This document shows, piece by piece, positions 27,985 through 40,479 of a stretch of DNA of 64,000 nucleotides. The position numbers and the translations under genes are program-made. Below the pieces are notes generated by a model. It worked only from the letters and a program-made list of their open reading frames with translations. It was not told where the DNA came from and made no database searches. The stretch is from positions 861,464 to 925,463 of the forward strand of contig NW_018405926.1 in assembly GCF_002113885.1 (NCBI RefSeq), written 5' to 3'. This DNA comes from Mizuhopecten yessoensis. Lineage: Eukaryota. How positions within the stretch are numbered: the stretch's first letter is position 1; every line of letters starts with the position of its first letter.

Positions 27985-28690
27985 ATACATTTTGTTCATG
28001 GAACATCTGGAGCAAGAAGCAATATCCACCATGGAATGCAAGCCTAACTTATGGAAACGATATGTTGACGACATACTTGAGATAATCAAGAAGAGGTCAC
28101 AGAAGGATTTGACCACACATATCAACACCATAGATGCCACTAACAACATCAAATTTACATGTGAGGAAGAAATCAACGGCACAATGCCCTTCCTAGACAC
28201 TTAAGAAGACGGAACCGTGAAGGTATTGGTCTATAGAAAAAAGACCCATACGGACCAATACCTGAACTTTAAATTTCGCTATTCTTTGCACCAGAAATTA
28301 GGCGTCGTACGCACATTGCTCAACAGATGTTATACAAAAGTCACAGAATAAAAGGACAAATCACAAGAGCAGAATCACATCGCTAGGGCAATGAGAACAT
28401 GTGCATATCCGGAATGGGCTCTACAATGGGTACAAAAACAGTGTCAAAGTAAGGAGAAGAACAAGAAAAGGCCAATTAAGGATAAGAGCAAAACCAAAGG
28501 TCATAAAAGGTATATCCGAAACTATCCAGAGGATATATCGTGGTAATGGCATAGCAGCAGCCATGAAGCACTACAAGACGCTTCGTAATATCCTAGTACG
28601 CCTTAAGGATACCAAAACAATAAAGAAAACGTCGTAGAATGCGTATACACAATATGATGCAAAAACTGCGACGCATCGTATATTGGAATT
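27985..28690 (+). mobile_element. Decayed Penelope-like element (RT C-terminal half and start of GIY-YIG endonuclease)
   Basis: LFMEHLEQEAI..WKRYVDDILEII..IKFTCEEEINGTMPFLD, VYRKKTHTDQYLNF, HQKLGVVRTLLNRC, GISETIQRI..TLRNILV, and CVYTI*CKNCDASYIG (about 28640-28687). Confidence 0.92.
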
Positions 28691-29679
28691 TCAGAGCGAT
28701 TTACCTCCAGAGTTATAACGTTGACACTGCTGATACACTGTAAGTCTGAACAGAGCATCAGAAAACTCCGGCCGTACCGGTTAATGTCAAAGACTGTTTT
28801 AACTCAAACTTTATATATCTATCATCGAATAGACACTTATTATCTAACGATGAAAACTTGAGACATACAACACGACCTTTCCCGTGAACTTTCCGGGTAT
28901 ATAGACATGGTTTCTAGGTATTGTATATGTGCTATCTTTTAAGTCTCTGTGATTATTTTCATATGATAAATAGAACAACTATAGGCCACCTACATTTAAT
29001 GTTTCCTTCAGTATATGTGTTTCGTTACATAGTATATTTATGTGATTTTAATTGTGTTCGTTATTAAATTAGGTTTGTTTAATAACTTGGAGTAACGTGG
29101 TTATATACACAAAACAGGTCAGGAATGGTTTTCGTTTCCCGTGACATAAAGGTGTACTGTCAGCTTTTAACTATTACCAAAGTCTGAACCAATATTCAAG
29201 GGAGATAATTTACATGTTTCGTAGTGTGGCATTCTTTTGGGAAGGTGGTACGTGTCACATTAACGTAGCATGCATCCTTAACATCTTAATAACTAATCTC
29301 AAATATTAAGTAACTATGTGTTCACCTGACCAATAGCGCATAGTTTGCAGGTCACAAACCACAGACTATTGTACAGAAACGGAAAAAATCTTATTTAAGT
29401 TGTTATATGTGTTTATGAAATTGTATTTCATTATTTTGCCTGATTTATTTGTTACATTAATTCTGTTCGTTTTGAAAGTACTCTACCAGGTTGCATGTCA
29501 TGAAATCTGTATAATTTATAATTGGTTCAAATGCGGATCAATTTATCAGTTTCCAAGTTTAATTTTCTAGGTAACACCCCTCCCCTCCATCACTCCCACC
29601 CCCTCCCACCCCAAAGTTCCTTCCTTCCTCAACCTATCTTTTCCCTTTCCCCAAAAACGTAAACACTTATTTTACAATA

Positions 29680-29767
29680 TGTATTGAGGAGAGGACTCTA
29701 TTAAGTTGTAATAACTTTTTGTCCGATCCATTTGTATATTTGTACAATAAAATATGTTTAAACTAAA
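29680..29767 (+). mobile_element. Isolated 3' tail of a CR1-type LINE related to the 20.8-21.8 kb copy
   Basis: GGAGAGGACTCTATTAAGTTGTAATAACTTTTTGTCCGATCCATTTG..CAATAAAATATGTTTAAACTAAA aligns with 21753-21830. Confidence 0.8.
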
Positions 29768-31084
29768 CGGAACGGAGGATTTATATTTCATCCAGACTAC
29801 CAAGCCCCTATGTAACATGACATGCGCTTTTTGCTTTATTTCATGAACCATTGACTTTTTAATCCGCGAAGTAAATATTTAAATTCTGTGATGAACGCGA
29901 AGACAATCATCTCACAAAAAGGTAAAACATAGGTAACCAAATATGCGACATGTGTGTGAAAGTGACGATTTGTTTCTAAATATCAGTCTGAAGTGCGCTC
30001 CGGGTGCGGGTCGCATATTTCCCGCATATTATAGAGGGCCGGAGTTCTGACGTTAATCGACGACAGACCGATATGAAAAAAATCGATAAAACGTCAGAAT
30101 AATTCGGACTAGTAGCGGACGTGTGAGAGAAGGACATGCTATTTTATACATTGTTACTTATTTTTCACAAAACTACGAAACTATGCATTTTCAGCTCTGC
30201 ATACAGTTCGGTCTTTTCGGTGCCACGTTTCGGTTCACATTTCAACCGGATACGCGAATGCGATCTAAGTCTTGAATACTTGAGGGGGGAAAGTTGAATG
30301 GTTAAAATGTATATTTTAACATCCTACAAGACCTTTATACGACATGATATATATACTACCGTTTACATAAACATTTTTGAAAATGGATGCTAAACAAAGT
30401 TTTACGACCTATATTCACAGCCTGTAAAGATGAGACATTATCGGCGTGGTATGCTACCGATTCCAAAGTGAAACATTTTAAACAGACGTTTTGTGCACGG
30501 AGAGAACATGTAGTTTCTGTTTCAGGTCGCGAGGGAACGGTGTATATTCGCCATTACAAACTTCATGTGTATTTTTACCGAAACAATTTTCAAAGGACTA
30601 CTTTTTTGGTGAGCAGTGTTCTTCCTTTTGTTGTTGCACATGCTTTACGTCACACCTCCCTGTGATGTCATAAAAACGTTTCTGTGTCGGTCAGTAATTA
30701 TCTGATGGAATGAAATAGATATGACAGGCACAGACAAAGTATTAGCATGCGACCAGAATTGTTCCTCATTTCGTGGCTGTACATTTCACCAGGTGTATAT
30801 AGTGTCTATAGATCCATAGCCACGACATAGTCTGCCGGCATATCACACGATAACAGCTGAAAGTCATTGGAAAGCTTATGTTTTTTATTGTATATATTTT
30901 CATGGGAAACGATCGTAAATATTACTTGACCCACTATGCAAATGTCTGAAATAATATTGATTTTTTTTTCTTTCCAGAAATAGAAAATCATTCCTGATAA
31001 GAAATCCATACCTTGAGGTACATTTTTTAAAATGAAACAACCAAATCGAAATTAATACACGGTGTGCTGGGAAAATAAAACTGC

Positions 31085-31160
31085 AGCTTAACCAGGTCGG
31101 GATTCAAACACCGGACCTCCGTTCAGAAAACAATGGCTCTAGCTAACTGATTTAATTCAT
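31085..31160 (-). mobile_element. Degenerate tRNA-derived SINE head
   Basis: Minus strand reads TAAATCAGTTAGCTAGAGC..GAGGTCCGGTGTTTGAATCCCG, a decayed A box and B box. Confidence 0.5.
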
Positions 31161-31409
31161 CAGCGATAGTCCCACTATAGTTATATCCAAAACAAATTTA
31201 AGGGGAGGTAGCTCTATTAATATTAGAAACTACGATGGAATTCTCTTGTGTTTTGACTGCAGTGGGACGAGAACCCTTAAATTGCTTAGGTTTTATTGTA
31301 AACATCTTTGTCTGTAGACGATATGGCGTCCTAGTATCATATTATCTGTTATTAAATCCATACGTTTATGTTTATGCATTTCAATCAGGTTATTCCCACA
31401 ATGATAGAT

Positions 31410-31765
31410 TATATCGGGTTTTATTACAAACTTACTAATAAATACGTTTTTTTTTGTATATGCGATACGACACAATTGCTCTACCCCATATCAGCCCTCG
31501 CCGTATCACCCCCCAAAACCCGTATCAGCCCCCGCCGTATCACACCCCAAAACCCGTATCGGCCCGCAAAACCCATATCACACCCCTTTTGGAAAAAAAT
31601 CGTTTTGCAATATTTCAAAAATAAAAATAAATCATAAGATAGTAGTTTTTATTAGTAAGTATGTAATAAACAGAATAAAACATGCCTTTTTCCATATCAC
31701 ACCCAGTATCAACCCTCGACGTGATACTGGGTGTGATATGGAAAAAGGCATGTATTATTCTCTAT
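31410..31765 (+). mobile_element. Non-autonomous hairpin-terminated element (Crypton-like)
   Basis: Subterminal inverted repeat TTATTACAAACTTACTAATAAA (31421) / TTTATTAGTAAGTATGTAATAA (about 31648). Internal CC(G/A)TATCA repeats. Terminal hairpin with about 40-bp arms at 31672-31761. Confidence 0.65.
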
Positions 31766-31767
31766 AC

Positions 31768-32330
31768 ATGGTATATCCTTAAATGAAATGTATGGTGAAT
31801 GCTGTTATAGATCCCGACACGAAGACGTGGGGTCTATGAGCCAGTAGATCCCTCCTAACCAAGAGATGACGAATTTATCACAATACAGTAACAACCTTTG
31901 ATTTCTTTTTTCTGCAAAATTATAAACCACTTTGTGAGTTTGAGTTGTACTTGACTGCTACAAAAATTGCCCCTACCTAACACCTTTTCGGCAATGTTTT
32001 GGACAATACAAAACCATCTTTGTAATGAGCACCACAGCGGCCCCCTCATTGCCTGTTTCGTTGAATTTGCTGTCGTTTTAGATTGCTTGTAGGTTATTTC
32101 ATCCTGTGAAGGATGGGCAAACCTCGAACGCTTGTGTGTGTCGGCCATGTTTGTTGTTATGAAGAGAGATTCTAGTTTGAGTTATTTCCCCTCGCACGTG
32201 CTTATAGACCTCGACAGGGCGGGGTCTATAGAAATGTAAACCCCGGCAAGATATCCAATCAGAAAGAGTGGTACAAATAAGAAAGGTGACAAATCGTCAT
32301 AGATCCATATGAATTCATTTAAGTGTACCA
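31768..32330 (-). mobile_element. Internally deleted Crypton-like element with residual N-terminal ORF (31855-32148)
   Basis: Terminal inverted repeat CTTAAATGAA (31778) / TTCATTTAAG (32314), CCAATCAG box and ATAGACCTCG..GGGGTCTATAG hairpin. AACAAACATGGCC start context precedes MADTHKRSRFAHPSQDEITYKQSKTTANSTKQA. Confidence 0.55.
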
Positions 32331-33112
32331 TACTGCAGAGCGTTATTTAATTGCAAAGGGTATGCATTATCCAAAGTCATGCTTGTTTTCGACAGTATTA
32401 GCACTGAGTAAGTTTTCAAGATTTTACACGCGAAGGATAAGAAAATAATGAAATTAACGCGTAAATTTTAATGAAAGGACACTTCCAACCAAAATGACAT
32501 TAATCCGCAATATCAAGATTGTTCAAGAACGCAAGAACCCTACCTGTATGTTCTTACAATATTGACATTATTAATTTCACTTTTTATATAAGCTGATTAT
32601 ACTTGTATAACGTTAGCCATATTTTAACTTGCTATAATGTACTTTTAATGAAATTAGTATATTAAACCTCTGATATATGATAACGTTTCCTCTATGTCTA
32701 GTGAACAACCCCTACTCCTCGGCTAATCTCCCTACTCAACCTACTCCCAATCACCCCTCTTTCTTATCCCGACACCCTGGCTATTCTGTCGACAACCACA
32801 TGTGACCGTGTGAAAGACCGTGCTCCACATGACATCCCTGTGTCTTGGTGCATCGACTATAAAATAATAAATAAAAGTGGCCCCGCTCTCAGTGAATACT
32901 GACGTCACGTGACCTTAATTACTACGAGGAGAAATAACAACACACGTAGGTAAAGGGTCGATCAGAGTGAGATGACAGACGACCTTGTACTAATTATAGC
33001 GGACATTCCTGGTATAATCTTACACTTACTACGTTGTACTAGTGATGTCACGGCGCGTGGTGTAGTGTCCTGTCATGATTACGCCCCTTTCTGCACTTAT
33101 AGTTAAGCATTG

Positions 33113-33340
33113 GGTCCAATGGCCCACAACATCTTTAGCTTAACGAGTCCTTAGCAAATTTTTAAATGCGGTGTTTGTAAATAATCTGAATTTTTGTAAC
33201 TGTTTTTGTGCATGTCTTCAGTAACCGTTTTAAATCCCTTACAATTGGTTTTTATGTTTTGATTGATTTTTTTACATTTTCCTGGATTGAAGTTTTCGTG
33301 AATTTTTCGTTAAGCTAACCAGGTTCTGAACATCTTGGAC
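33113..33340. mobile_element. TIR MITE (PIF/Harbinger-like ends)
   Basis: GGTCCAA..TTAGCTTAACGA at the left end and TCGTTAAGCTAA..TTGGACC at the right end. Confidence 0.6.
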
Positions 33341-33814
33341 CATTTGTTTGTATCAATTACCGTTTGTATTTGTGTTATATTTTTGTTAATGAGGCACACA
33401 TGCTAGTAAGAACGACAGCGTCAGTACGGGCTACCTCCTTCGAGTAATCAATGTAAAACATGTAGAATTATCTGACAGCTTATCTTTGGAAAGAATCCTT
33501 AACATATTTTTGACGATAAAATGATTTTTCAATTGCATTGTTTTTGTTTGTTTTATGTCTTCAAATGCAAATTTTTAACCTTTGAACTTATATTTTTAGT
33601 TTTGGTCTTAGTATGCACTATACGAGCTTTACCGTTAAGTTAGAAGAAAACCACATTCCGGATAGCTATTATTTGTAACGGTATTTGAAGCCATATCGAA
33701 TTAATCTCTAATTTAAAAAATAAATAAATATATAAAACAAAATATATTCTTCAGTTAATTTACATCAATTATGAAACAAGTAATTTCAAGTTGTATTAAT
33801 CACTCTTGTTGGTC

Positions 33815-33935
33815 AGGATGTACCCGGAGAAAACCCTGGCGATCGGGCAGGTGACCCGATACCGTTTTACTTACGATCGGGGAATAGAACCCTGCCAGCT
33901 TGGTGAAAGGCAATTGAATAATGCGCAATTACATA
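33815..33935 (-). mobile_element. SINE fragment
   Basis: The plus strand GTACCCGGAGAAAACCC..CGGGCAGGTGACC..CGGGGAATAGAACCC is the reverse complement of a B box followed by a GGGTTTTCTCCGGGTAC body motif common in metazoan SINEs. Confidence 0.6.
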
Positions 33936-34426
33936 TACTAATGGTAGTTGTTTTTATTACGACTTGTTTTCTTAAATTAACAAGAAAATACTGGAAATGT
34001 TTCGCTTGCGGAAATGTTCGCATTAGCAATAGTTATGATATTATCTATTATTTATAGGTTATATGTTTAAAATATTCGCATGTCGATATTTTCGCAATAA
34101 TCTACTCAACGGGAAAATCGCAAACATTTCCACACTGCGAAAATTTGTACTTTTCACAGTAACTTTCTGCCAACTAGATGAAAATAATTCTTATGCTATA
34201 CATGTATGGAAGAAATATGCCTACCATACTATATATAGTGTTATTATGCCTAATCTTTATAACAGCATGTCTGACTGAAGTTTGTCACGTGACGGGGCAA
34301 TCACATATCAGGTCTCCCTCACACGCTGCAGTATCCCAGTTCCGAATGACTGAAGTAGACGACAACAATGATTCGTCAGCCATATTAGATCATCTATTCG
34401 AATTAAATTATTGTTTTGAAAAAAAA

Positions 34427-35641
34427 GCTACCCTTGTGGCAGGGAAATATGATTCTATATTTCTCCTCGATAAATATGTGTAACTCGGGCTTCGTCCTCG
34501 TGAAACATAATTAATCTCGATACAATATTAACGTATAATGAAGTATATAGCGCAGATATGATACATGTTCACGTCTTCCTCTGCAAATGCATCCCATCTT
34601 ATTCGTTAAATATCGGAGCATGCACATAAAGTTCAAGTAAAATAAGGGAATATGGTCCGGACGAATTGAACGAAAAGTTAAAGCGATTATTTTTCTTTCC
34701 TAATCTGATTTGCATAATAGTCATGTGTTCTTGTATAACCATTGTTTAATTCAGAAACATTCCATTAATCCATCAACCTTTATTGAGACCACGCTTACCT
34801 TTTTATTAAACGTTACTGTGAAATCACTAATTTTCGGGTTTTTTTTTTTTTGCTGATTTCGGCGATAATCTTCGTAATTACGAGTTTGACATAAAACCAT
34901 TCTATGTTTGAGTGGGCACTTCTAAACCACGAACTAATTTACCCACGAAATGGTGTTTTGTCGGAGAAACCACGAAATGTGGCCCCAACAAAAATATCCA
35001 AGATTCACAGTAATATACCACAACCATGCCATATGTCATTCAAATAAGCAGACCACACAAGATGCATAATTCATGCGTCCTCTTTCAAACAGCAATGCGG
35101 AATGTGACACGTGCTTTGCCAATCTCTACGCCCTTAAATTCCCATTTGATAGTTTTGGCTAATAGATCTTGTGATAAAATGACTGCGACCCGCGCTGGTA
35201 CATTGGGGAGGTCGAAAATTGCACAGGTAATAAACCAAGTTTCACTTCACTGTTATACTGTAGGTAATGTGAACTAGACCTTCTGTAACACAGGTAATGA
35301 ACCAAGTGCCACTTCACTGTTATACTGTAGGTACATGTGAACTAGACCTTCGGTAACATAGGTAATGAACCAAGTGCCACTTCACTATAGTTCTGTAGGT
35401 AATGTGAACTAGACCTTCGGTAACACAGGTAATGAACCAAGTGCCACTTCACTGTTATACTGAAGGTAATGTGAACAAGACCTTCGGTAACATAGGTAAT
35501 GAACCAAGTGCCACTTCACTGTTATACTGTAGGTAATGTGGACTAGACCTTCGGTAACACAGGTAATGAACCAAGTGCCATTTCAATGTTATACTGAAGG
35601 TAATGTGAACTAGACCTTCGGTAACACAGGTAATAAACCAA
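34427..35641 (+). repeat. Longer copy of a near-identical segmental duplication (partner 51254-52170)
   Basis: GCTACCCTTGTGGCAGGGAAATATGATTC... is colinear with 51254 onward, differing by only a few substitutions. Confidence 0.95.
34814..35012. mobile_element. TA-flanked MITE (Tc1/mariner-like)
   Basis: TACTGTGAAATC..GATTCACAGTA ends, with internal CCACGAA repeats. Confidence 0.7.
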
Positions 35642-37778
35642 GTGCCATTTCACTGTTATACTGGAGGTAATGTGAACTAGACCTTCGGTAACACAGGTAA
35701 TGAACCAAGTGCAATTTCAATGTTATACTGAAGGTAATGTGAACTAGACCTTCGGTAACACAGGTAATAAACCAAGTGCCATTTCACTGTTATACTGTAG
35801 GTAATGTGAACTAGACCTTCGGTAACACAGATAATAAACCAAGTTCCACTTCACTGTTATACTGAGGTAATGTGAACAAGACCTTCGGTAACACAGGTAA
35901 TGAACCAAGTGCCATTTCACTGTTATACTGAAGGCAATGTGAACTAGACCTTCGGTAACACAGGTAATGCACCAAGTGCCATTTCACTGTTATACTGAAG
36001 GAAATGTGAACTAGACCTTCGGTAACACAGGTAATGAACCAAGTGCCATTTCCCTGTTATACTGTAGGTAATGTGAGCTAGACCTTCGGTAACATAGGTA
36101 ATGACCCAAGTGCCACTTCACTGTTATACTGTAGGTAATGAGAACTAGACCTTCGGTAACACAGGCAATGAACCAAGTGCCATTTCACTGTTATACTGAA
36201 GTCAATGTGAACTAGACCTTCGGTAACACAGGTAATGAACCAAGTGCCATTTCACTGTTATACTGAAGGTAATATGAACAAGACCTTCGGTAACAAAGGT
36301 AATGAACCAAGTGCCATTTCACTGTTATACTGAAGGTAATGTGAACAAGACCTTCGGTAACACAGGTAATGAACCAAGTGCCATTTCTCTGTTATACTGA
36401 AGGTAATGTGAACTAGACCTTCGGTAACACAGGTAATAAACCAAGTTCCACTTCACTGTTATACTGAAGGTAATGTGAACAAGACCTTCGGTAACACAGA
36501 TAATGAACCAAGCGCCATTTCACTGTTATACTGAAGGTAATGTGAACAAGACCTTCGGTAACACAGGTAATGAACCAAGCGCCATTTCACTGTTATACTG
36601 AAGGTAATGTGAACTAGACCTTCGGTAACACAGGTAATAAACCAAGTGCAACTTCACTGTTATACTAAAGGTAATGTGAACAAGACCTTCGGTAACACAG
36701 GTAATGAACCAAGTGCCCCTTCACTGTTATACTGAAGGTAATGTGAACAAGACCTTCGGAAACACAGGTAATGAACCAAGTGCCATTTCACTGTTATACT
36801 GAAGGTAATCTGAACAAGACCTTCGGTAACAAAGGTAATGAACCAAGTGCCATTTCACTGTTATAGTGAGGGTAATGTGAACTAGACCTTCGGTAACACA
36901 GGTAATGAACCTAGTGCCACTTCACTGTTATACTGAAGGTAATGTGAACAAGACCTTCGTTATACTGTAGGTAATGTGAACTAGACCTTCGGTAACACAG
37001 ATAATAAACCAAGTTCCACTTCACTGTTATACTGAAGGTAATGTGAACAAGACCTTCGTTATACTGTAGGTAATGTGAACTAGACCTTCGGTAACACAGG
37101 GAATAAACCAAGTGCAACTTCACTGTTATACTAAAGGTAATGTGAACATGACCTTCGGTAACACAGGTAATGAACCAAGTGCCACTTCACTGTTATACTG
37201 AAGGTAATGTGAACAAGACCTTCGGAAACACAGGTAATGAACCAAGTGCCATTTCACTGTGATACTGAAGGTAATGTGAACTAGACCTTCGGTAACACAG
37301 GGAATAAACCAAGTGCAACTTCACTGTTATACTAAAGGTAATGTGACCAAGACCTTCGGTAACACAGGTAATGAACCAAGGGCCATTTCACTGTTATACT
37401 GAAGGTAATGTGAACAAGGTCTTCGGTAACACAGTTAATGAACCAAGTGCCATTTCACTGTTATACTGAAGGTAATATGAACAAGACCTTCGGTAACAAA
37501 GGTAATGAACCAAGTGCCATTTCACTGTTATACGGAAGGTAATGTGAACAAGACCTTCGGTAACACAGATAATGAACCAAGCGCCATTTCACTGTTATAC
37601 TGAAGGGAATGTGAACAAGACCTTCGGTAACACAGGTAATGAACCAAGTGCCATTTCACTGTTATACTGAAGGTAATGTGAACAACGTCTTCGGTAACAC
37701 AGTTAATGAACCAAGTGCCATTTCACTGTTATACTGAAGGTAATGTGAACTAGACCTTCGGTAACACAGATAATAAAC
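35222..37778. repeat. 67-bp tandem satellite (about 38 units)
   Basis: Unit CCTTCGGTAACACAGGTAATGAACCAAGTGCCATTTCACTGTTATACTGAAGGTAATGTGAACTAGA; AGTGC recurs at 35641 and 35708. Confidence 0.98.
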
Positions 37779-38024
37779 CCGATACGGCTATACCTTTATA
37801 ATGTAGGCTTCTCTATATATCAGACATATGTCAGAAAATGGTTAGCGGTTTCAGAATGCGTACAACGATAGGTACATCAGCTGATCAAGGACAAAACGTC
37901 AGACGAATCATAGCAAAGCAGTATGCCTGATTTCTGAATGCTTGCTCAAGTCCAAAAAAAATATTATTTAAAAAATACACTGTGTTCGTTGATATCATCA
38001 GAGACAGTTAGATGAGTAATATAT

Positions 38025-39362
38025 TTGCATTTGCATGGCATTGTCACTATAGGCTATTTGAAAGATGTGTCGTTGAAGAGTTTTTAAATACCATGCACCA
38101 CGAGACATAATTCTTAGCGTATTATTACAACACCGACCGGAACTACAATATCCAATATAAATAAACACGACGGCTACTGAAATATCGCTGGACAATGTGA
38201 GGCGTGCCAATGTTATTTAAAATGTGCCCAAAAAAAACACAATATCAAAAAAAACCTTTTATTACAACAAAAAAGGATTAAGGTCTGCGATATCGTACAA
38301 AATCCACATAGGTTGTAATAACCAACACCAGCCATGGAAACAACTTGAACACTCATGCAATTTATCAGAAATATCGTCTGTTACATTACACTGATCAACA
38401 GGGGTTCGTTACAAATGTCTGAAATACACATATGTTATAGAGCTACTGACACATATGCTATAGACCTACTGACACATATGCTAAAGACCTACTGACACAT
38501 ATGTTATAGACCTTATGACACATATGCTATAGACCTACTGACACATACGCTATAGACCTACTGACACATATGGTATAGAGCTACTGACACATATGTTATA
38601 GACCTACTGACACATATGTTATAGACCTACTAACACATATGCTATAGACCAACTGACACATATGCTATAGACCTACTGACACATATGCTAAAGACCTACT
38701 GACACACATGCTATAGACCTCCTGACATATATGTTATAGACCTAGTCAGTAGCTCTATAATATATGTGTTAGTAGGTCTTTAACATATGTGTCAGTTGGT
38801 CTTTAGGATGTGTGTTAGTGGGTCTATAACATATGCGTCAGTAGGTCTATAAAATATGTGTCAGTAGGACTATAGCGTATGTGTCAGTAGGTCATAGACC
38901 TACTGACAGATATGTTATAGACCTTATGACACATATGCTATTGACCTACTGACACAGATGCTATTGACCTACTGACACAGATGCTATTGACCTACTGACA
39001 CATATGATATAGACCTACTGACGCATATGTTATAGACCTCCTGACACATATGTTACAGAGCTACTGACACAAATGTTATAGACCTACTAACACATATGCT
39101 ATAGCCCTACTGACACATATTCTATAGACCTACTGACGCATATGTTATAGACCTACTGACACATATGTTATAGACCTACTGACACATATGTTATAGAGCT
39201 ACTGATATGAGTCACAGCAGTAAAAACCTGTCGTCAGGTTCCCATACAATCACTTTGTATGGTATGTATGATCTTTAGCGCGCATTATGATTTGTTTGCT
39301 TGCAAAGCTGTGTCATTCAAATAGATCATAAATACCATACAAAATCAGTTTAATGCTTAAAT
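38025..39362 (+). repeat. Dispersed repeat copy A (paralogue of 47291-48430), carrying an expanded 23-bp array
   Basis: Shares CACGAGACATAATTCTTAGCGTATTA, CTCATGCAATTTATCA, CTACTGATATGAGTCACAGCA, TTCCCATACAATCA and the terminal TAGATCATAAATACCATACAAAA..AATGCTTAA with copy B. Confidence 0.9.
38426..39205. repeat. 23-bp minisatellite (about 34 units) with an internal inverted block at 38745-38893
   Basis: Unit GACACATATG(T/C)TATAGACCTACT; the inverted block reads GTCAGTAGGTCTATAACATATGT. Confidence 0.96.
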
Positions 39363-40479
39363 ATACGTCTCTGATATTTTAAGTCACATTCTTTCTTGTG
39401 CATATATATCATGACTACATATAGTTGTACATTGGATTATTCTATTAATTAATGAACCAATTAGTCGATTGTTTATAAATTGTATAATAGACACGAGGTA
39501 ATTACGGTTTTTGGTCCAAAAGATGGGCCATTCTTTTTAATACAGATATCAAACACGACAAATTAATGCATGCATTTCAAATGCGCTCGCACGCATTTCT
39601 CATCCTCAATATCTATCCTACAGACATACAGGAGCATATTCTTGATTTCTTCAATGTCCTTAATAGAAGACAAGGAAGACACCACCTCTGATTCTAAAAC
39701 TATCTGAAAAGATTTCCAGGGGATTTTGTGCAAGACTATCACGACTATTTTGCCTGGGAGTATTTCCTATTAATATAAGCTTAAAGAGTTGATCAGATTC
39801 AGCAAGATTGACATTTTAAACTACCCCTCTTTGCTTATTCGATTGTGAGCGTTCAATATTAAATGCAACATGAAAGTATGCCTAAGTATTTGAATACTGA
39901 TTTTTTTCGGATGTAAAATCGAACCAAACGTTGGTGAATTCTTCATGTAGATTATCATTTTGCGACTTAGTGTTTTTGCACACGGATAACATATACTGAT
40001 TTTGTGGTTGCAGGAATTTTCCACTTCAACAACAGTCTTTAGCCAACCACATTGCCTGGTTCAACACTAGCTCCTACTTTTAACCAGAAACGAATCGGTC
40101 CATTGACTTGCTGTAACTCTTCTTTTGGTTGGTGAATTGCAATTGTTCTGCACGTGTGACACCTTGCAAGTTTCGGTGTTTTACCCATGAACGAGAGAGA
40201 CAAACTCATATCATGTACAGTACTTGCACATGATTCTAAGATGTCATTTGTTCAAAGCGAGGCACTTTTCTCTACACCTTTGTCAGAACGTTTGCAACTT
40301 TCTCTCGCAATCCTGAATTGCCAATTTGTTCGAGTCTCCTTTTCCGTAAATATCACTTCAATAGGGAATAAAGATGGACACAGGCAAATATCTGCCTCTA
40401 TATCCATATCAATTATACAATACATACATATACATGAAATTGATTAACATTCAATTTTAATATACTTGTTAAAACTTAT

